From Azolla caroliniana (Eukaryota; Plantae; Polypodiophyta): DNA of 64,000 nucleotides. The stretch lies in contig JBHGNT010000006.1 in NCBI GenBank assembly GCA_043228905.1, positions 15,686,001 to 15,750,000 on the forward strand. The letters run 5' to 3'. The notes under the pieces were generated by a model, which was not told the origin of the DNA, did no database searches, and was given only the letters and a program-made list of their open reading frames with translations. Every line of letters starts with the position of its first letter. Position 1 is the first letter of the stretch. A program made the position numbers and the translations under genes. Of the stretch, positions 23,699 through 36,800 are shown piece by piece.

Positions 23699-26600
23699 CA
23701 TTCTCTCTGTGCATCTCATCTCTCCCTCTCTCCTCTCACACTCGAACCCCCTTGGGAGGGGGGTGGAGCCAGATCGGCTCCACCCCCCACCCATAAACAC
23801 ATGGCACGCCCTACGGCCTACCCCCCTTGAGAAGAAGTCTGTCTCTCCTTCTCCTTCTCCCTCTCCATCACTAATCTCTCTCTCTCTATTTATGTCTTTG
23901 TTTTAGGGAGGTGTGTGTGTGGCCTCTCTGTGTGATAGCAAATCTAGATGGTTATGGTGATGGTGCAAGAAGAACACCTACTAGATACGAAAATTATCTA
24001 TTCATCCTCTCCCTCTCTCTCATCCTCCTCATGTTCTTATTTTATATACATACTTTTCTCTTTTGGTGTTTGGTTGCAGCTTGTGTGTAAAATACTCATA
24101 CATGGAGCAAGGAATGGAATTTGTTCCAACAATAGCTATTGGTTTCAACATGGAGTGTACATATATGGATGATTTGGTGTCCTTTGGTGAATGTTTTGGA
24201 GTTGATCATTTTATATGGAGAACATGCTCCTAATGCTTTTGATCACAATCTGCAAGAACTCTTCTACGAGTAACACTTATTGGGCACTGTAAAGGCTATG
24301 ACAGTTTGTTAGATTTGGAGATGAATGGTGTTTACTGCCCAAGTCAAGCTATGTCTATCAGTGTATCATCGTCATGGGAGGCTTTGGCTACCGTATAGTA
24401 TTCCTTCATCAGCATCACAAAACTTCACTAAGGAGAGTATTCTCCAACATGCTACATCACCAACATGGCCCTTAGACCCTAGTCAATATGCTTGTCTTTT
24501 TTATTGAAGCTACAACAATGACAGCAGAACCAAGCGGGCGTCGGTTGAGAGACGGCTGTGAGCTGAACCAAGCCGAGGGATGGCCGAGAGCGAGAGCCGA
24601 ACAACAGTCGAACAGGCGCAACCAAGGGACAGTCAGCCGAGAGAAGGCTGAGGAAGCGGCCGAAAAGCAGTGGTCGAGAAGCACGAGAGAAAGCGGCCGG
24701 GCAGACGAGATTCTGCCCAGCCACGGCCAAGAAGCCGAGAGTACATCACGGCAAAGAAACAACCGAGATGTGGCTAGGACACGACCGCGAGAGGGCCGAG
24801 AGTTAGCCAAGCACGGCCCGAGAAGACGAGTGACGGCCAATTCATAGCTGAGCAACGGCCGCGAGATGGTCTGTCTAGCCACGGCCGAGAGGTTGAGATT
24901 CGGCCCAACCACAACAGAGAAAGCGACTGAGAAGCCAAGAGTCGGCCAAGCCACGGTTGAGCGTCAGCCAATATATGGCCGAAAGCGACGGCCGAGCATC
25001 GAGAATAGGCTGAGAGACGGCCCAACCACGACCAAGAAGCCGAGATGCAGCCAAATAGGAGCGGCCGAGAGATAGTTGGCCAAGCACTAGCACAGCTGCA
25101 AGGACGGCCGAGAGCCAAGCGGCGGCCACAGAAATGCGATGGCCGGACAGACGACGGTGGCCGTCGAACAAAGGAAGTCAGCAAATAGGCCACGAACAGC
25201 CGACAAGTTGGCCGATAGACCGAAAATCGAAGCAACCAACCGCCGAAAAAAAGGGAATATTGAAGTTACCCACAAACTGTGTCTGTCTTGATTCTCTCTC
25301 TCTCTCTCTCATTCGTTCTCTCTGTGCATCTCATCTCTCCCTCTCTCCTCTCACACTCGAACCCCCTTGGGAGGGGGGTGGAACCGATCTTGGCTCTCCC
25401 AAGGGGGTTCGAGTGTGAGAGGAGAGAGGGAGAGATGAGATGCACAGAGAGAACGAATGAGAGAGAGAGCGAGAGAATCAAGACAGACACAGTTTGTGGG
25501 TAACTTCAATATTCCATATTTTCATGCCCCATGACTGAGGATTTATATAAGATCTTTACAAAAAACCGAATGGACGTAGGTACACCTACTTACCTCACCT
25601 AACACTCACACATTCACATTTCATATTCCACATTACACCTTTCACATTACACTTAACCCTCCTGTATACCTATACGGGTAACACCTGGCACGCCCATGGG
25701 ACAGTGCTTTGCACATCGATCCCACAAAGCCCATGCCAAAAACTTATTGACCGGAAACTTCAACGATCTTCTCTCGACGGTCGGAAATCCCTCGACCCGA
25801 ACACTTCTCGACGATCGATAACTTCTATCGGAGCTGGCTTGACACGAACCTTCTCGTTCTGTCAGCATAACGCACGATTGGATCATACACCAATCGGCTC
25901 GTCCATTGTGATAAAGTCATTAAGGGTTTAAAAAGATTGTGGGTGTATATATATATGTATTTCTACATTATTGGGAGTGGTAGTGAGTTTTGAGCCATTC
26001 GGTTTTTGAACTTCTATGTCGTAGCGTCAATTTTTGAAATTTTAATAGCTACCCTTATGTTTTTTTGTTTTTAACTTTCTTCTCTTTGGTTTTTGAAATT
26101 TTCCATCGTGCCCTCAAACTTCTGAAATTCTCAGAGATGCCCTTCCCTTTCTCTTCTTCTTTTTAGTTTTCGGTTTCTTCATTCTTTCCTCTTTGCTCTT
26201 CTTTCTTCTCCTTCTCTTCCATCTCTGTTGCGACAGAAACAATGCTTTGTCTTCTTCTTCTTCCTTTCTTCCTTAGTTTTCTTGGTTCAGTCATCTCCTG
26301 CTCCATCCGGGCTGTCTCAATCGAATGTCTGTTTGTCTCTCTATGTAGGTCCTTTCTTCTTCTTCATCGTCTTTCTAATGCTCTATCTTCGTTTTCCTTC
26401 CCTTCGTCTCTTGTTGTGTGTTGTTGTTCTCTGTTTCGTTTGTCTTCGTGTTTTCATCTGCTTACAGCAACCACTGCAGCTTCCATGGCTCCACTTCTTC
26501 TTCCTCTTCTTGTTCTTGATTCTTTACATCTTTTTGGTGGTTGTTAGCCTGATTTTCTGTTCATCAGCCAGTTGGCCGGTTGTCCGTGGCCTGTCTGTCG

Positions 26601-28829
26601 ACTTTCTTTGTTTGATGGCCCCCATCGTCTGTTTGGCCGTCGCCTTTCTCGGTAGTAGCCATCCACGGTCGTCGCTTGGCTCTCGGCTATCTTGGCAACC
26701 GTGCTAGTGCTTGGCCGACTGTCCCTCGTCCGCTCTTGTTGGGCCGTCTCTCGGCCTATTCTCGGTGCTCGGCTGTCGCTCTCGGCCATATATTGGTTGA
26801 CACTCGGCCATTGCTCGGCTTCTTGGCCGCTTTCTCCGCCATGCTTGGGCCAACTCTCTGCTTCTCGGCCATGGCTTCTCGGCCCTCTCGGAGCCGTGTC
26901 TTGGCCATATCTCGGCCATTTATTTGCCGTGCTGTACTGTTGGCCGTTGCTGTCTGCCTTTCTTTGATGTCACTTGGCCAACTCTCGCACGGTTTTCGGC
27001 CGTCATTTGGCCGACTCTTGGCCACACTCTTGGCCACATTTCTCAGCCGTACTCTCGGTTTGTCTCGGCCGTCACGCAGGGTCTCTCGCTTGGCCATCAC
27101 TCGGTTGGTTCGGCCGCTACTATTCGACGGGCTCGGCCGGTTCTCTGTTTGGCCGTGACTTTCCGGCCACTTATGGGACTTCGGCCGTACTCTCCGCCGC
27201 TGTCCGGCCTTCTCGCGGTCGTGGTTCGGCTTCGGCTTCTCAGCCGCTTTCTCGGCTATGTCTCAGCCGTCAGTCGACCATATCTTGCAGCGATGCGCAG
27301 ATGGCTCTCGGTCGTTTCTTGGCAGCTACTTGGCCACGTCTGGACTGACGTTCGGCTCTCGGCCGCATCTCGACCCTCTCTTTTAGTTGGTGTGGGTTCA
27401 TTTGTGGCCGTTTCTGTGTCCGGTTGACTGTCGGACGCCGATCATCTTCGTCCGTCGAACCATCTGTAGGGCCAACCCTATCTGGTCCGCTGTCTCGGCC
27501 GAATTCTCTGGTTGTCTCAGTTGGCTTGAACTCTTCTCAACTGCTTTCCAGGCCATCTCTCAGCCAACACTTCCTCGGTCGGTTCTTGGATTACGTTTCT
27601 GTTTTGTTCCCTTTCTCCTTTGCTTCCTCATATTCTTCCAACATGCTCCTAAGTCCATTTTTCATGAGTTGGAAAAGAACATAATACTTCCCCTTCACGA
27701 CCTTCACTTCTCCATTGCAATTCACTCCCATGACTATGTCTAGCTTCCTTTTGAAAGCCTCCATGTTTAACTTGGAGATCCACAGTACGGAGAGAAGGCC
27801 GAAGATGCACACATACAACATAGACAAACATCTAGAGACGTAGAGAGCTAAACACATAGAGATGAACTTTGGGGTAGCTAGGGTTTTTTGCAGAGAGAGT
27901 AACAAAATGGGGAAATGGGGATTGAAAGGCCTTGTCCATCAGGCCTTAGATACATTAGAAATAAAAGCAAGAGAAATCTCCATTGCCATAGCAGATTGGC
28001 TCTCAAGAGAGAGTCCATACACACCACTTTTTAACACAAAGACACAAACACGCAGTGAAGGAGACAGAGAGATTAGTGATGGAGAGGGAAAAGGAGAGAT
28101 AGACTTCTTCTCAAGAGGGGTAGGCCGTAGGGCGTGCCATGTGATTATGGGTGGGGGGTGGAGCCAAGATCGGTTCCACCCCCCTCCCAAGGGGGTTCGA
28201 GTGTGAGAGGAGAGAGGGAGAGATGAGATGCAAAGAAAACAAAAAAAACATAAGGGTAGCTATTAAAATTTCAAAAATTGACGCTACGACATAGAAGTTC
28301 GGAAACCGAATGGCTCAAAACTCACTACCACTCCCAATAATGTAGAAATACATATATATATACACCCACAATCTTTTTAAACCCTTAATGACTTTATCAC
28401 AATGGACGAGTCGATTGGTGTATGATCCAATCGTGCGTTATGCTGACAGAACAAGAAGGTTCGTGTCAAGCCAGCTCCGATAGAAGTTATCAATCGTCGA
28501 GAAGTGTTCCGGTCGAGGGATTTCCGACCGTCGAGAGAAGATCGTTGAAGTTTCCGGTCAATAAGTTTTTGGCATGGGCTTTGTGGGATCGACGTGCAAA
28601 GCACTGTCCCACGGGCGTGCCAAGTGTTACCCGTATAGGTATACGGGAGGGTTAAGTGTAATGTGAGAGGTGTAATGTGGAATATGAAATGTGAATGTGT
28701 GAGTGTTACGTGAGGTAAGTAGGTGTACCTACATCCATTCGGCTTTTTGTAAAGATCTTATATAAATCCTCACTCATGGGGCATGAAAATATGGAATATT
28801 GAAGTTACCCACAAACTGTGTCTGTCTTG

Positions 28830-28880
<51 letters not shown>

Positions 28881-28977
28881 CGTTCTCTCTGTGCATCTCA
28901 TCTCATCTTTCTCTCACACTCGAACCCCCTTGGGAGGGGGGTGGAGCCAGATCAGCTCCACCCCCCACCCATAAACA
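23447..28977 (-). mobile_element. Non-autonomous Gypsy-derived LTR element (353-bp LTRs 23447-23799 and 28625-28977, tRNA-Arg PBS 28606-28622); TSD GAAAT
   Basis: TSD gaaat at 23442-23446 and 28978-28982; near-identical LTRs with TG...CA ends; PBS TGGCACGCCCGTGGGAC on minus; no gag/pol motifs inside. Confidence 0.88.
25254..28232 (+). mobile_element. Second copy of the same non-autonomous family nested in opposite orientation, with fold-back 5' LTR and truncated 3' LTR
   Basis: LTR segment 25396-25683, PBS 25686-25702, internal region to 28141, 3' LTR stub 28142-28232. 25686-26070 is the reverse complement of ~28235-28622. Confidence 0.8.
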
Positions 28978-29912
28978 GAAATTGCTATTATTTATAATTT
29001 GAATCAAAGGAGATGGTACAAAAGTTGTTGCAAATAGGCTGCGTACAAGATAGAGACCTTTGGTTGCAATTTTTGTGGTGGTTTCCCGATTTCGATATAG
29101 ATTTGCTGAATTCGGCTGGTACATACATGTTTGCTTTTTCAGTTATGTTTCCTTCTTACCTAAACAATGGCGTACTGCTTTAAAAAACATCGCATCTATG
29201 ATTAGCCCGGTTCTTGATGATGAGGAAGAGATTTAATGCCAATGGAATGAGTTTGTCGATTGTTAGAGTTTTAGGATCAAGGGATTCCGGTTTACCCTCC
29301 TTTATGAAACTTCGGGTAAAGATAGTTGGGTAAAGGTGAGAAGAGGTAAACATGGTTTTCTAAGTGTGGATTCTAGGCAAAAGAAATGGTTGCCTACGGG
29401 TAATAAGTTTATATCACTTTCTATGCCGAATATGGAGAAGGAACAAAATCATTTCGAAGGTGAGGGGGATGGTCAACCTTCTACTAATTGTTGCGAAGAT
29501 GTTATTGATAGGGATTTGCAATTAATCCCGCTTATATGCCATGATGATCAGCTGCATGAGGATAATAATAAAATAGCTGAGCAAAGTCTCATGATCACTA
29601 ACGTAGAGACTATAGAGGAGTCTCATTGGTTGGTGCCAAAGGCGATAGGCATGCAATCAAATGTTAGGATGCATTCAGAATTTAAAGGTTGTATGATGAG
29701 ATCAAGAGCCAAGAGCATGGTTGTCATTGGTGGTAGTACATGTGTAAATCATGAGGAAGAACATACTCGATTGAGCATACATAAGTCTATCGTAAAAAAA
29801 TGCACTAATAAGATGGTTGTTAAAGGCTTGAGAATTTCGACACAAGCATGTAAGCTGAAGAAATCTTTGGGCGAGAGTAAAAGTAAGGTTAAAAAACAAT
29901 TACTATTAATAT

Positions 29913-32900
29913 ATGGATAGATTTTCAGTGCTTTCATGGAATGTGCAAGGATTAGGAGGTGCTTTATGTAGAAGATTCAAGGTTAGAATACGTAGGGAGC
30001 TTCATAAATTCCAGGTTGGAAGTTGTAATTTGATTATGTTACAAGAACATCATTTAGATGCGAGTAAAATGCAATCTTATGGTAATATGCTTCGTGGTGA
30101 TTGGAGGTATTATTGGATTCCGGTATGTGGACAATCGGAAAATAAATGTGGTGTATGTATGATTCTGAGTGATAAATGGATGCAATTTGTTCTTCATTCC
30201 CAACAAGTGGTAGAAGGAAGAGCTCATTATCTACTCCTTATAATTAATGATGTTGTTTGGGGTTTTTTGAACATTTATGCACCAAATGATAGGGGTGCTC
30301 ATAAGGGTTTCTGGACACAAATTGTCCAACAATTGCCACATGCTGATCATTGGTGCATGGGTGGTGATTTTAATATGGTTGAGGCTGCAGGGGATAGAGT
30401 GGGTGGTTCTAATGTTGTTGTTACAGGCAGTGAATTGGCGTCATGGGAGAGATTATGTTTCATGTTGAGGATACAAGATGCTTGGCACCTCCCTTCATTT
30501 CATAGACTTAGTGATTCATTACAGTATTCTAGATCGGATAGGCGCCAATTAGGGGTTAATCTATCTCGGCTAGACAGGATATATGTAGCTGATTATTTTA
30601 GTGATATTGGAGGATAAGTTGGGATTATTGGGGGTTCTCTATTTTCTAACCATGCTCCGGTGCTTTTCAAGTTGGTTAGGATTTTAAAAAATAGAAAGTT
30701 TTCTACTAAAATTCCTATATCCTTCTTTTTGAATGATATTTTTTGAAGTCAAGTGTTGCGTATATGGAATTATGAGATGGGGGCACAACTATGTAATGTT
30801 GCTAAGGTACAAAAGGCTTTGTATTTAATTGTTGGATTTTTTAAGGATAAAGTGTTGTTGCAATTACAAGAGGCCAAACAAAATTTGCTAGCTTCTAGGC
30901 GGACGATTGTTGCTCTTCAAAAACTTCAGGAGAAGAACCCACGGGCTTTGTGGGTTGGGTCTGACATGCATTGATCACGTGTTGAGATGCAACAAATTGA
31001 GGATGTTATAGCTCAAGACAAATTTCGTGCATCCTCAGCAAAATGGTCTCATCTTGTAGATAAGGTTAATGTTGATTTTCTTCGTATAAATAAAATTGGC
31101 CGTACTAAGAATGTAATTAGGCAATTAGAGAGAGAGGATGGATCATTAACATCGGAGGATGTTGAAATGAGTAGAATTGCCTCGGACTTTTATAAAACCT
31201 TGCTAACTAGGAAGTCATTTATGCATGAGCAATTGGCCTTAAGATCTACATTATGGTGTGTTATGAAGAAAAAAGTTAATTTTCATATGGCTAATGAATT
31301 AGTAAAACCTTTTAATGTTCATGAGGTGTATGCTACAATTACGGCCTTAGGTAAGAATGTATGTCCTGGCATCGATTGTTTTCCTCCTGAATTTTTTCTT
31401 TGCTATTGGGATCACATTGGAATCAATGTAATGGAAGCGTTACAAGGGGTTTTTACTTTGGGTGATATGCCTTATCAATGGAATGTAGGGTTAAGTTTTT
31501 TGATTCCTAAATTAGAGGGGGTAGTACTTGACATTAAGAAGTGGCGGCCGATAACTATTCTAAATACTATCTACAAGATCTATGCTAAAGTCCTTGCTTT
31601 AGGTATGCAACCTTTACTAAATGATATTGTTCATAAATCACAAATGGGTTTTATGCAAGAGCATTCTATTTTTTATAATATTTTCATGTTCTGGGAGCTT
31701 ACAACTTTGACGAAAGAGAAGGATGTTGACCTAGTGGTGCTATTGTTGGACTTTGAAAAGGCATACAATAGAGTTGATTGGTCTTTCCTCGAGGAAGTTA
31801 TGTTACAACTAGGATTTCCAATGGCTTGGGTAATTGCGGTAAGAGTCTTGTATAAGAATGCGCCTAGTTCTGATATGTGGCAGGAGAAGTTGATGTTCCC
31901 TTCTCTATTTCAAGGTCGATTAGGCAAGGATGCCCATTGGCCCCTTTCCTATACTTATTAATAGCTGAGGCTTTTCATGTGTATTTTAATAATCATGCCT
32001 TAAGGATTAAAGGATTGCAATGGGGAGTTGATAATAAGCAAGTGCTTGATAATGAATTTACTAATGATATAGCTTTACATGTGGATGGGAAGGAACAAAA
32101 TTTGCGTAATGTTCAATGTGTGGTGCATGAATTTTGTGAGCTATCAGGAGCTATTATAAATTGGAATAAATCCATTGGAATAAGAATGAAGAATAATAGA
32201 GTTTCACATTGGTTGCCCCATTCGGATTTTCAATGGCTTCAACATGGGAGGTCAATACGATATCTTGGTTGTCAAATTGGTGTTGATATTACTCATGATC
32301 AACTTATTGCCCTTATTGATGTCATTGAAGAGGAAATTGTTGTTTTGGTCTTCAAGAAATCTATTGTTGGCTGGAAGAATTGTAATTGCTAATCAAATGC
32401 TTCTGTTTTCGATTTGGTATATCCTCTCAACTTGGTTGTTTTCAAGATCTGTTCTCTCTCAAATACAAAGGCTTGTCCGCAATTTCTTATGGGGTGCATC
32501 TAATGCGAATACAAGATCTAAAGTTGTGTGGAAGGTAATAATATCTCCTCCTCATGAGGGAGGATTAGGGTTGATAGACCCAATGTTTCAATGTAGAGCA
32601 TTACTCGGGAAATTTGTTGTGAGAAGTATGATGCCAGTAAACGAGTCATGGAAATTGTTACTTCATGAACGTATGAAGGAATTGGTTCCATGTACAGATG
32701 GACATTGGAAGCGAAATGTGAGGTGGTGGTTTGTGCATGAGGGGATATGCCTTTGACTTCTATTTTTACTTCGGATAAATTTTTTAACTCTTTGTTAAGA
32801 GCTTGGAAATGTTTGTTACCTAATCTTGTGCATAAACATCCTATATGGGAGGACGACTGGAAAAGGCAACCAATTTGTTGGAACCCCTTTATTAAGGATG

Positions 32901-33887
32901 ATTATGGTAATATGTTAGGAAGAAGGACAAGATTAATTGGGCAGCGGTTGATGAGGCATTTGCAACTAATGTTGGTACTTGGTTAAATTTTAATCAATCC
33001 TCTAGGGATGTTAAGGAACAAGTTTTGAAATCAATAAGAGGTGGTACTATAATGTTCCAAGGGGTAAGTTACGCTTGTAATAGGATTTTGCCCCTTCTTT
33101 TAATTCAAACCATGTATGGTACGGGGCATTCTCTTCTTTTAATGTCTTGATTGGAGTAAGAGCTTATACATCTAATGAATCCCTCTTTGCATATATAATA
33201 GTTTCGAAGGGAAAATTGCAATGGGTCTCTATGGAGGATGACCTTCTCAATTTAGTGGAGTGGAAACCGATTAGGGTGGTTGCAAAAACAAGGAAGGTAT
33301 GTATTATAGATCCCCATCTTGAAAAAGTAAACCCTTTTTGGGATATTTGGGTTTGTGATAGTAAACCCTTATTGGAGTTAGAGTGGGATCCAATGGAATG
33401 GTGGTGGAGAGATGCTAATGGTAAGATGGTTTCTTTCTTTGACTATGTAAAATTAGGTAGGGAATTCCAACGAAGGAGGAGTCTAGTTATGCCGGTTGCA
33501 GCTAAGGTATGGTTAAATAATAATATGTCTATGCATTCAGTATTGGCATTTTGGAAATGGTTGTGGACACTACAGATTCATCGCAAAATCATTACATTTA
33601 GATGGTTGTGTGTCCACTATGCACTTCTAGTCTTGGAATGGATGCATAGGGAAGAGGGAACCAAAACTTGCTCTTTTTGTGGGCTTCACTTGGAATCAAT
33701 GTGACATGCCTTATGGAATTGTATGGATGCATGTTCTGCTTGGAAACATATGTTGCGTCTCATTGATGTTGCATATGGACCTAATGTGATTGCATGGGAA
33801 TATGTCTTTTGGATGGACGTAAATGTGGATAAACATAATGATGAAAGGGAAAAGATATTGGTTACCCTTCAAACTAGGGGAACGCAC
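29913..33887 (+). pseudogene. LINE ORF2 (APE endonuclease-RT-zf-RVT) with many stops and frameshifts; continues at 39349
   Basis: Motifs in ORFs 29913, 30987, 31877, 32244 and 33147. Confidence 0.88.
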
Positions 33888-36800
33888 TGTCGAATACATG
33901 TGTATAATGGACGTATTCACATTATCCCGTTTCGGCCATTTATGTAATTAGCATAAAGGGTAGTTGCCCTAAGTCGGTCACTATATATAGTGACCTTGTA
34001 ACCTTTTTTGTGAGGTTGGATGTTGTATTATTGTTCTATTGAATAGAAAGTCTTTTGTGTGTCTCTCTCTCTCTCTCTCTCTGTGCAACGACCTAGAAAC
34101 AGCCATACGCAGGTACAGACAAGAAACGAATGCTTCTTGATCTTCCGCATCACACGGCCTTGTCTCTAACATCTGGTATCAGAGCCTGCACAGTATTCGG
34201 TCCTTCAATCCGCTGTCGGCCGTCGTCTCAGACTGCACAGCATTCGGTTTCCTGTGTCATTCGAAGAAGAGAGAAGAAGAAGAAAAACGAGGTTTGCATC
34301 TCATCGCGTTAGATCATCTTCGCTTGGAGTAAGCCAGCAGGTTGTACTCTGCCCCTTGTGATCGCAACCGCTCGAGGTGAAATCCCCTTGTGCAACATTG
34401 ACACGATCGTGCTCCACTCGGTTAAACGGCATCCGAAAAGGTCATTAAATGCTGCTCGCCGCTCGTTGTAACCACTCGGTGCAGATCGGTCTCAAGACAA
34501 CAACCCCAATTCGTGCTTCATCCAGCTGATAGACATTCGAGAGGATCAGCTGGATCTGTCTCTCTCGTCGCTGCAGCCACCCGAAGCAGAATCGGTTCAG
34601 ATAATCGGTTTCAATAATCGGTATTCGGCATATATATCCGAAGCGAACCGGGCTCACTCCGACTCGGCAACATTCGGGAAGACCAGTCGGTTCTGTCCCT
34701 CAAGCTACCGGAGTCAATTCGAGCAAGTTCCGAAGCCGAACCGACTCGGGTTCAAATCCGACTAGAACGATATCGGGTGAGCCAACCGGCTGCACTCCAA
34801 CGAGGTTCGTAGTCAACTCCGAACCGAGCTTCGTCAACCGAAACCGAATTTGATGGCATCAACATCCGGCTCGTCAGAAATGAGTCTACGAAAGTTCGAT
34901 GGATCGAACTTCAACTTCTGGAAGGAGCAAATGCAAGACTATCTCATAGTCAAGGGGCAAATCGATCCCATCGAAAATGAAGAACCTCCAGAAGGATACA
35001 AACCAATTGAGTGGCAGAAGCTGGACAGAATTGTCCGCGCCACGATTCGGATGCACCTATCGGAATCGGTATACTTTACGGTGCAATCGTGTACGACAGC
35101 ATTCGAACTGTGGAAAACACTGTCAGACACTTACGAAAAGAAGGTCGCCGCAACGAAGATGTTTCTGATCCGGCGCCTCTACAACTTGCGGATGAAAGAA
35201 TCCGATTCGGTTCAAGCACACCTCAACGAGTACGAAAGCATAAGCTCCCAAATCTCGTCACAGGGGACGACAATCGAGGATGAACTCAGAGCAATGATAC
35301 TCATGAGTAGCCTTCCCTCATCATGGGAAACTTTCGTCACAACCGTGTGCAACGCGTCAACCACGGCTGTTAAATACTCCGAAGTCACGAGCGCAATCCT
35401 GACCGAAGCAGCTCGGAGAAAGTCTTTCGCCAAAGACTCAACAGACGACGCTTACGTAGTACAAGGTTCGACAGACCGATCGAACACACGAGGAAGAGAT
35501 TCCTCACGGCCGCCGAACAATCAGCGAAGACGGAGCCAGTCACGGGATAACCGAATCTGCAACTATTGCAAGAAACCCGGACACATCAAAGCCGACTGCC
35601 GCGCACTCAAGAACAAGAACAACAAGAAGAGTGGCCGGCATGAGGAGATCAATTACGTCAGCTCCTCAGCTGATGTACTACCGGACGACCCGAATATACT
35701 ATCAATCGAAAATCCAGTCGGATCAGAAGTTCTACTCACGACTGAAGAATCGAGCACATGGCTCTTAGATTCGGGCGCGTCATTTCACGTGACTCCTCAT
35801 CGATCCCAATTTCGGCAATATACGATCCGTCACTCCGACTCAGTTCGAGTCGGCAACTCACAACACTGTGACATCGTCGGAATCGGCACAGTAGAGCTCA
35901 ACCTTGCAGGTGGCTCTACACTTGTACTTCACAATGTCCGACATGTACCCGAGCTCTCAAGGCCATTGATCTCAGTCGGACAACTAGATGAAGACGGCAT
36001 TCGAGCCGGCTTTTCTTCGGGAGGGTGGACACTCCACAGGGGGAACCTCCTGCTTGCTAGAGGACCCAAGATACACTCACTGTATCCGTTACATGTTACG
36101 CTCAGAGAGGGTAACCTGTTTTTGGTGGACATTCCTGTGTCATCACTATGGCACCGAAGATTAGGACACCTCAGCAAGGCCGGCATCACGCACCTATCTA
36201 GAGCCGGATACATCCCCAAACTCTCCTTCTCGGACCATCAATTCTGCGAGCATTGCCAGTATGGCAAACAAGCAGCCGCATCACACCCGACATCAGCACC
36301 AAGAGAAACGAGACCTCTCGATTTAGTCCATTCGGACGTCTGTGGCCCAATGCCGCATCAGTCTCTAGGCGGTGCATCTTACTTCGTCACTTTTATTGAC
36401 GATTCGACTCGAAAGGTGTGGGCTTATCCAATTCGCACCAAAGATCGGGTCTTCTCGATCTTCACCGATTGGCTCGCTATGGTAGAAAATCAAACCGACC
36501 GAAAGCTGAAATGCTTTCGGACAGACAATGGGGGAGAGTTTAAATCCGAAGAATTCGTCAAATTCTGCCGACAACGCGGCATCCGACGTGAATTTACGGC
36601 ACCACACAGTCCGGAGCAAAACGGGATTGCCGAACGCATGAATCGGACAATCCAAGAACGGATAGTTTCCATGCTCCAACACTCCGGACTGTCGGATGGC
36701 TTCTGGGCAGAGGCTCTACTCACGGCAGTACACATAATCAATATGTCGCCAAGTAGACCTCTAGGACTTCAAATTCCTCAGGAACTATGGATCGGCAGTA

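Noticed and set aside
24472-27743. Numerous overlapping 70-170 aa ORFs
   Set aside because: They are by-products of GC-rich, stop-poor repeats on both strands and contain no domain motifs.
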